In this document: one piece after another, positions 12,201 to 18,100 of the stretch
How the letters are laid out: every line of letters begins with the position of its first letter
Position numbering within the stretch: position 1 is the stretch's first letter
Assembly: GCA_964057225.1 (NCBI GenBank)
Contig: OZ059895.1
Span: 9,486,001 to 9,550,000, forward strand
Direction of reading: 5' to 3'
Origin: Auanema rhodensis
Taxonomy: Eukaryota > Animalia > Nematoda
DNA length: 64,000 nucleotides
Program-made: the position numbers and the translations under genes
The notes under the pieces: model-generated
Database searches by the model: none
What the model saw: only the letters and a program-made list of their open reading frames with translations
What the model was told of the DNA's origin: nothing

Positions 12201-14791
12201 CATTCCAACACATAGGCCTCGACTACTTCGGACCGCTGACGGTAAAGGACAAACCTCACAAAGTATGGGGTTGCATCTATACCTGCACAGTCACACGCCT
12301 ACTACACTTAGAAGTTATAGAAGACCTTACCACAAAAGCATTTCTTAACTGTCTAAGGAAGATATGGGCACGTAGAGGATATCCGGAAAGCATCACTTGC
12401 GATAACGCCACCACATTCGAACTAGGACAGAAAGTGGCGAACAGACTGTTCAGCATCGCCAACACGACACAAACAGGTGACAGCCATAAGATAAAATGGC
12501 ACAACATAACACCTTACGCCCCCTGGCAAGGAGGATTCTACGAACGCCTTATCCGATCAGTAAAAGACTCTCTTCACAAAACCATGAAGAACATACCAAC
12601 AAGCGAAGAACTGTCAATCACCTTAGCTGAATGTGAAGCAACACTCAACACTCGCCCACTCACATACATCGGATCCGACACAGGAACAGATGAAATAATC
12701 AGACCATGTGACTTTATTCACAAAGACTTGGACCTTAACATTTCATTCCACTCGGACGATGACGACGAAGAATACCTCGACAACCCTGCCTTACAAACAA
12801 GAGCAGACACAGAAAAAGCCATCCATTCCTCCAGACAACGCACAAACAAATTCTGGGAGTTATGGATCGAACTCTACCTCAAAGAGTTAAGAGAACACCA
12901 CAAGAACAACATCTCGGTGAAGAAAGCTGGTTCCAATCAACAGCCAAGAATCGACCAATACGTACTTATCAACGACAGTCCGATACCTCGGTACAAATGG
13001 CCGATTGGAAAAATCACACATATCTCACCAGACAAGAACGGACAGACCAGAGAAGTCACGCTTCTTTCAGAATCAGGCAGAGAACTCAAACGACCAGTGA
13101 ACCTTCTACATCCGCTGGAACTCTCAGACGACGACATTCCTGAAAGACTACGAAACACTAATCCTTCGAGAGATGTCCCACCAATAAGGCAGTCTAATCC
13201 AAGGAACGTACCTAGATTATGGTACGGAGAACAAAGAACAAACCTATTCACCTTTCTATCAATATTCTCAATACTTCTACCCATCATCTCTGCCACACCA
13301 ACAATATCTTGCAACTACCAAGGAGTTCAAATTCAAGGAATCTCGACAAACAATCAACAAGTATGCATCCACAACACATGCTATAACAACAGCCACGATG
13401 GAAACCTTATATTTCCCCCAGCGGACATCCTAACCAACTACGACGTAAGCTGGACCTTCCAACACAATTCCAGAATTCATCACATGATGATCACATGCCC
13501 AGCGGTACATTTCTGCTCCACTGTCACATGCACCTTCTGCACTGCTACACTTTTCAATCCATCTTGCTGGCCATGGACATCAATGCTACTTCTCACATTT
13601 CTTACATACATGCTCACAGCCTTATGCTACGGCATTCTATACACACCATGGGTCATAGGAAAACCAATCCGACTTTGGATACGATTATGCACCACCATCA
13701 TAATGACCATAATCAAGACGATCCGACACACACGTCAACCGAGGCCGCACAAATCAGCCATACCACTCCTAGCTCTGATGAGTTTGATACAAGTCACCTT
13801 CTCATGCCAAGAACTCGCGATCACATCCTCCGAACAGTCCACTTGCATCCAAGAGAAATGCCACATACAAACCACGCATAATCTCAACATCAGTCCATAC
13901 ACTCAAGAAGCCTGCCTCACATTATCAAACAATCAAGACAATATCTCTTTCTTGAGAATACAGTGGATCAAAACCAACTACAAGTGTGAGACTCGGTCCC
14001 TTTACTTCACAAGAGAATCAAAGACTCACGTACAAGACAGCAAAAGATGCCCACACACTGGATCATGCCAAGAAGAAAAATGCAGCAACATCACCCCAAA
14101 CTCAACTGTCAGCGAACTTCACATAGCTAACCAGTACCCAGGAACAACACACTGCACAGAATCCTGTGGTGGCATAGGATGCGGATGTTTTTACCCTTCA
14201 TCAGGATGTCTTTTCTACAGGACCTACCAGAAGCCGACTGATACCTCGATATATGAAGTATACGACTGCAACTCTTGGACACCTACAACGGACCTCAGCC
14301 TAACATACCGAAACGGATCAACCACCATCTCCAAAAACGTCACTCTATACTCTGACGTTCCGAAGCACATATATCCATTCACACTAACTATTACAAGTCT
14401 CTCACCGCCAGTCATACCTGCGATGCAATACAAATTCATCCGCAACCTTACAAGAACAGCTATATGGAATCAACAACCCATGCTCTCATGCCCGAGCAGA
14501 AGAGACGCTATAAACATGAACTGTAACGCCACACCCACCTGCGTTTGCACACCGGCAGAAGACCAGGTCAACTGCCAGTGCCACGAAACATCCATCACCT
14601 CAGCCTTTACCAACGTACAATCAGCTATTCCAATGCTAACACCCTCTTACATGATCATGAACGAGGAAAGAAACTTACGGATCAACATTAACAGCAACAT
14701 GTTAACTGTAATCCACATCAAAATCGACGGGGAATTCCACACTTCCTCATCTCATGAATCACCTATCGCCCTTTGCCATCTGATCCATTAG
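7907..14791 (+). CDS. gag-pol-env: Gag-Pol-Env polyprotein of a BEL/Pao retroelement (2294 aa); Env C-terminally truncated and fused to about 12 LTR-derived codons
   Basis: One stop-free ORF with all catalytic motifs recognisable: DSG, ADVKKAF/YVDN, DSS/SDS/NPAD, HHCC and D-D-E. True start is uncertain (ATGs at 7907, 7946, 8075 and later). Confidence 0.95.
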   Translation: MPVIRSPTRGQNDMVHQAEQWNSSCSILLAKLKDNDARRKSYAVRQVTNTSNKTQSMIDTREREISNINGDILAINKLMDEMKHIPTDLRPEDQSRITKNEETLRKHISTLLSYSNDIQEQVNYLKGLNHTENSPDPTHTDSSQPSEHHLIGTAELTHATQPRSWETYRSRPTLKPVDIPRFDGNVKSWKNFWCLFHTLIHSSNMPTIEKFNYLRQSLTGEAASQIASFPTDEDYYFSAVHHLQDLYDDNDNITQHLMLEFLQIQARTSNQHDLLSMMDKIAGIFRQTEGNRNAELNSLAVVILHKKLPGNLLQEIYKSFPSEKTPDIRDLVDITRRHIRCQNKVKIFAADRFEKPITRVYNSPPGNTYNSQRNKPEAKKLAKTSSCIFCQKPHAPWDCDTTKSRKERLTILNQEKRCINCLRKTHNTESCPSKRTCSKCGEKHIDILCANKKKTTKVNLIESTPYNDEETEEHTVQFSSQFSTNQFKSALLPIGEIKIMTNGKFSTIPAILDSGSDTSFIEEELAKELQLPVIESKRVKIKTFGNTKSVEHLTKVKATIKGTVSNITAHLWTKKTLTGPIKTVRIPKSDNSTFKLNQGTYVNPRILIGSDLMWQALTAIIPISDDHIQVKTQFGDFITGKASDQPSINAFSVITGNTSIPIDTWNKNFIEEQQEFTGTEQEEKQARDKLVLEQFQSTIQKRDDGYYVSFPWKDNINLLPDNKSLAHRRLISLVVKLSQQPDSLAAYDKIIQEQLDNGIIEPAEEPYPDAQTIHYIAHQAVLTPQKETTKLRIVYDASGHYQNRPSLNDVIHQGPLILPSLVGMILRFRCGKMALIADVKKAFLQIRLHESERDATRFFWLRDISKPMSTENTRTLRFCRVPFGINVSPFLLAATIRHHLEQRSNENFLAHQIKENLYVDNLLLATNSEEDLKLGYQETKDIFAEMNMSLQEFITNSPDFNKNLLLEEKNTSSKPKVLGLPWDTETDQWIIQTKLPETKLTKRGITQAIASIFDPMGLISPCLHPLRLFLQNLWTENYDWDTTLPEEHQKTWHTLAENFNFNKTQQRALPEDPNQQYHLVTCTDSSGSALGFCTYLLAATSRIPTLVFAKSKLHSKNSNITIPKAEISALTVGVTNTNKIIKEMKDNIKILSTTFLSDSEITLAWIRRKPDQKTTGVLVQNRIKEIYDHIDQIEDMDIKTYFGYINTKDNPADIATRGCTTDELLNHFWWNPKAQIDKAINGPLFSLPQPEITVNTARTSEEYEESWLEHCNTWIQAQEKWIAENYSLLEKRLPTHYEEAELNLLHLHQHNLLVRLTAAQRNDLRPLLKDHLWHSRGRMQNSELDESAKLPIIVLPKTRTATLIIEHVHNQFHKSTSHTMAEVRQKFWIPQLRSQTISVIRRCVECQRMNNRPFTYPPSGDIPSRRLNRSRPFQHIGLDYFGPLTVKDKPHKVWGCIYTCTVTRLLHLEVIEDLTTKAFLNCLRKIWARRGYPESITCDNATTFELGQKVANRLFSIANTTQTGDSHKIKWHNITPYAPWQGGFYERLIRSVKDSLHKTMKNIPTSEELSITLAECEATLNTRPLTYIGSDTGTDEIIRPCDFIHKDLDLNISFHSDDDDEEYLDNPALQTRADTEKAIHSSRQRTNKFWELWIELYLKELREHHKNNISVKKAGSNQQPRIDQYVLINDSPIPRYKWPIGKITHISPDKNGQTREVTLLSESGRELKRPVNLLHPLELSDDDIPERLRNTNPSRDVPPIRQSNPRNVPRLWYGEQRTNLFTFLSIFSILLPIISATPTISCNYQGVQIQGISTNNQQVCIHNTCYNNSHDGNLIFPPADILTNYDVSWTFQHNSRIHHMMITCPAVHFCSTVTCTFCTATLFNPSCWPWTSMLLLTFLTYMLTALCYGILYTPWVIGKPIRLWIRLCTTIIMTIIKTIRHTRQPRPHKSAIPLLALMSLIQVTFSCQELAITSSEQSTCIQEKCHIQTTHNLNISPYTQEACLTLSNNQDNISFLRIQWIKTNYKCETRSLYFTRESKTHVQDSKRCPHTGSCQEEKCSNITPNSTVSELHIANQYPGTTHCTESCGGIGCGCFYPSSGCLFYRTYQKPTDTSIYEVYDCNSWTPTTDLSLTYRNGSTTISKNVTLYSDVPKHIYPFTLTITSLSPPVIPAMQYKFIRNLTRTAIWNQQPMLSCPSRRDAINMNCNATPTCVCTPAEDQVNCQCHETSITSAFTNVQSAIPMLTPSYMIMNEERNLRININSNMLTVIHIKIDGEFHTSSSHESPIALCHLIH
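7947..7955 (+). promoter_or_regulatory. Primer binding site, tRNA-Gly(GCC)-like (TGGTGCATC)
   Basis: Begins with TGG immediately after the LTR. It is complementary to the 3' end (...GATGCACCA) typical of invertebrate tRNA-Gly(GCC); the match appears to weaken after 9 nt. Confidence 0.75.
9380..9830 (+). other. Aspartic protease domain (catalytic DSG at 9443-9451); boundaries approximate
   Basis: AILDSGSDTSFI ... PRILIGSD. Confidence 0.88.
10220..10800 (+). other. Reverse transcriptase domain (YVDN at 10658-10669); boundaries approximate
   Basis: TTKLRIVYDAS, ADVKKAFLQI, RVPFGINVSPFLL, NLYVDN. Confidence 0.93.
10830..11600 (+). other. RT connection / RNase H region (Pao 'Peptidase_A17'-type); boundaries approximate
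   Basis: KVLGLPWD, SIFDPMGLISP, CTDSS, TIPKAE, SDSEITLAWI, DNPADIATRG. Confidence 0.88.
11990..13130 (+). other. Integrase (HHCC zinc domain, DDE core with D12221, D12401 and E12542, C-terminal DUF5641-like domain); boundaries approximate
   Basis: HVHNQFH...CVEC; GLDYFGP; CDNATTF; WQGGFYERLI; FWELWIELYL...WPIGKI...RPVNLLHPLE. Confidence 0.92.
13241..13804 (+). other. env: Envelope part 1: internal signal peptide, short Cys-rich Gn-like ectodomain, TM segment and signal peptide for Gc
   Basis: Hydrophobic LFTFLSIFSILLPIISA|T; CPAVHFCSTVTCTFCTATLFNPSC resembles the phlebovirus Gn membrane-proximal Cys cluster; TM WTSMLLLTFLTYMLTALCYGILY; second signal AIPLLALMSLIQVTFS|C. Confidence 0.75.
13805..14753 (+). 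other. env: Envelope part 2: phlebovirus-like Gc class II fusion glycoprotein, domains I-II only (about 316 aa); fusion loop at 14165-14191
   Basis: Starts CQEL (cf. phlebovirus CSEL); EACL; KRCPHTGSC; CTESCGGIGCGCFYPSSGCLFYR (cf. phlebovirus [23 protein letters not shown]); many N-glycosylation sequons (NIS, NIT, NST, NGS, NVT, NLT, NAT). Confidence 0.9.
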
Positions 14792-15136
14792 GCAAGATCT
14801 TAGGCGCGATAGCCGTCGCCCACTTGCAAGGGGGATGAATCACATAGGATTTAGACCCCTCCTCTCGCTTTCTACAATTAATACATTATCTATCACTTCC
14901 GGGGACCTAGTATATAAACCCGCAATAATTCTTCTAAATCATGTCTCAATATTATCCTGCCACCGCTATCATCTTCCCGTCAATTTATTTCTGTTTTACT
15001 CGTATTGTATTCGTATCACCGATAATAAACTCTTCTCTTGTACTCGCGTCTATTGCCTATTACTTGGACTAATATTCCACTACCACTGAACCACAAATGC
15101 CCGTTATTCGCTCTCCAACTAGAGGACAAAACGACA
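14754..15136 (+). repeat. 3' LTR, 5'-truncated (383 bp; lacks the first 150 bp of U3)
   Basis: Identical to 7564-7946 except A7859/T15049 and T7898/G15088. No match to 7414-7563 and no polypurine tract upstream. Confidence 0.95.
15024..15029 (+). terminator. Putative polyadenylation signal AATAAA in the 3' LTR (copy at 7834-7839)
   Basis: AATAAA followed by pyrimidine-rich sequence, downstream of the TATA box. Confidence 0.6.
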
Positions 15137-15141
15137 GCATC
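15137..15141 (+). repeat. Right target-site duplication (GCATC)
   Basis: ...acgACA|GCATC acaatattg... Confidence 0.93.
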
Positions 15142-18100
15142 ACAATATTGAAATTTAAATGTTTTTTAATGATTAAAAATTTAAAAAATGAAATTATGAA
15201 ATAGTGGTAGAAATATAAAATTGTTTAAAATATGGAATTAAATAAAATAGATGAAGTGAACTTGCTTGGAAAATATAAATCAGTTTCATGTTTCAATTTT
15301 TGAGCATCACAATATTGAAATTTAAATGTTTTTTAATGATTAAAAATTTAAAAAATGAAATTATGAAATAGTGGTAAAAATATAAAATTGTTTAAAATAT
15401 GGAATTAAATAAAATAGATGGAGTGAAATTGCTTGGAAAATATAAATCAGTTTCATGTTTCAATTTTTGAGCATCACAATATTGAAATTTAAATGTTTTT
15501 TAATGATTAAAAATTTAAAAAATGAAATTATGAAATAGTGGTAGAAATATAAAATTGTTTAAAATATGGAATTAAATAAAATAGACGGAGTGAAATTGCT
15601 TGGAAAATATAAATCAGTTCCATGTTTCAATTTTTGAGCATCACAATATTGAAATTTAAATGTTTTTTAATGATTAAAAATTTAAAAAACGAAATTATGA
15701 AATAGTGGTAGAAATATAAAATTGTTTAAAATATGGAATTAAATAAAATAGATAGAGTGAAATTGCTTGGAAAATATACATCAGTTCCATGTTTCAATTT
15801 TTGAGCATCACAATTTTGAAATTTAAATGTTTTTTAATGATTAAAAATTTAAAAAACGAAATTATGAAATAGTGGTAGAAATATAAAATTGTTTAAATAT
15901 GGAATTAAATAAAATAGATGGAGTGAAATTGCTTGGAAAATATAAATCAGTTTCATGTTTCAGTTTTTAAGCATCACAATATTGAAATTTGAATGTTTTT
16001 TTAATGATTAAAAATTTAAAAAATGAAATTATGAAATAGTGGTAGAAATATAAAATTGTTTAAAATATGGAATTAAATAAAATAGATGAAGTGAACTTGT
16101 TTGGAAAATTTAAATCAGTTTCATGTTTCAATTTTTGAGCATCACAATATTGAAATTTAAATGTTTTTTAATGATTAAAAATTTAAAAAATGAAATTATG
16201 AAATAGTGGTAGAAATATAAAATTGTTTAAAATATGGAATTAAATAAAATAGATGAAGTGAACTTGCTTGGAAAATATAAATCAGTTTCATGTTTCAGTT
16301 TTTGAGCATCACAATATTGAAATTTAAATGTTTTTTAATGATTAAAAATTTAAAAAATGAAATTATGAAATAGTGGTAGAAATATAAAATTGTTTAAAAT
16401 ATGGAATTAAATAAAATAGATGGAGTGAACTTGCTTGGAAAATATAAATCAGTTTCATGTTTAAATTTTTGAGCATCACAATATTGAAATTTAAATGTTT
16501 TTTAATGATTAAAAATCTAAAAAATGAAATTATGAAATAGTGGTAGAAATATAAAATTGTTTAAAATATGGAATTGAATAAAATAGATGGAGTGAAATTG
16601 CTTGGAAAATATAAATCAGTTTCATGTTTCAGTTTTTGAGCATCACAATATTGAAATTTAAATGTTTTTTAATGATTAAAAATCTAAAAAATGAAATTAT
16701 GAAATAGTGGTAGAAATATAAAATTGTTTAAAATATGGAATTAAATAAAATAGATGAAGTTAACTTGCTTGGAAAATATAAATCAGTTTCATGTTTCAGT
16801 TTTTGAGCATCACAATATTGAAATTAGAATGTTTTTTTAATGATTAAAAATTCAAAAAATGAAATTATGAAATAGTGGTAGAAATATAAAATTGTTTAAA
16901 ATATGGAATTAAATAAAATAGATGGAGTGAAATTGCTTGGAAAATATAAATCAGTTTCATGTTTCAGTTTTTGAGCATCACAATATTGAAATTTAAATGT
17001 TTTTTAATGATTAAGAACTTAAAAAATGAAATTATGAAATAGTGGTAGAAATATAAAATTGTTTAAAATATGGAATTAAATAAAATAGATGAAGTGAACT
17101 TGCTTGGAAAATATAAATCTGTTTCATGTTTCAATTTTTGAGCATCACAATATTGAAATTTAAATGTTTTTTGATGATTAAAAATTTAAAAAATGAAATT
17201 ATGAAATAGTGGTAGAAATATAAAATTGTTTAAAATATGGAATTAAATAAAATAGATGGAGTGAAATTGCTTGGAAAATATAAATCAGTTTCATGTTTCA
17301 GTTTTTGAGCATCACAATATTGAAATTTAAATGTTTTTTAATGATTAAAAATTTAAAAAATGAAATTATGAAATAATGGTAGAAATATAAAATTGTTTAA
17401 AATATGGAATTAAATAAAATAGATGGAGTGAAATTGCTTGGAAAATATGAATCAGTTTCATGTTTCAGTTTTTGAGCATCACAATATTGAAATTTAAATG
17501 TTTTTTAATGATTAAAAATTTAAAAAATGAAATTATGAAATAGTGGTAGAAATATAAAATTGTTTAAAATATGGAATTAAATAAAATAGATGGAGTGAAA
17601 TTGCTTGGAAAATATAAATCAGTTTCATGTTTCAGTTTTTGAGCATCACAATATTGAAATTTAAATGTTTTTTAATGATTAAGAATTTAAAAAATGAAAT
17701 TATGAAATAGTGGTAGAAATATAAAACTGTTTAAAATATGGAATTAAATAAAATAGATGGAGTGAAATTGCTTGGAAAATATAAATCAGTTTCATGTTTC
17801 AATTTTTGAGCATCACAATATTGAAATTTAAATGTTTTTTAATGATTAAAAATTTAAAAAATGAAATTATGAAATAGTGGTAGAAATATAAAATTGTTTA
17901 AAATATGGAATTAAATAAAATAGATGAAGTGAACTTGCTTGGAAAATATAAATCTGTTTCATGTTTCAATTTTTGAGCATCACAATATTGAAATTTAAAT
18001 GTTTTTTGATGATTAAAAATTTAAAAAATGAAATTATGAAATAGTGGTAGAAATATAAAATTGTTTAAAATATGGAATTAAATAAAATAGATGGAGTGAA

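Larger units (their letters stand above)
7414..15136 (+). mobile_element. BEL/Pao (Belpaoviridae) LTR retrotransposon / endogenous virus with a phlebovirus-like envelope; recent insertion with an internal 3' deletion
   Basis: TGT...ACA termini, direct LTR repeats at offset 7190, 5-bp TSD GCATC and a PBS after the 5' LTR. Single ORF with domain order Gag-PR-RT-RH-IN-Env. BEL/Pao hallmarks: three CCHC knuckles, YVDN RT motif, NPAD RNase H motif, DYFGP and GGFYER integrase motifs. Confidence 0.97.

Noticed and set aside
13063-13070. TCTTTCAG nematode-type splice acceptor upstream of env (spliced env mRNA?)
   Set aside because: There is no in-frame ATG between it and the signal peptide, and the obvious donor (GTACGT at 8036) would join out of frame; unsupported without RNA data.
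8041-14445. Many short minus-strand and alternate-frame ORFs (60-128 aa)
   Set aside because: Shadows of the long ORF, expected from its compositional bias; no motifs.
13805-14753. Stand-alone endogenous bunyavirus fragment or host EFF-1/AFF-1/HAP2 fusogen gene
   Set aside because: It is intronless, in frame with integrase and inside the LTRs, so it is the element's env; its motifs match phlebovirus-type Gc.
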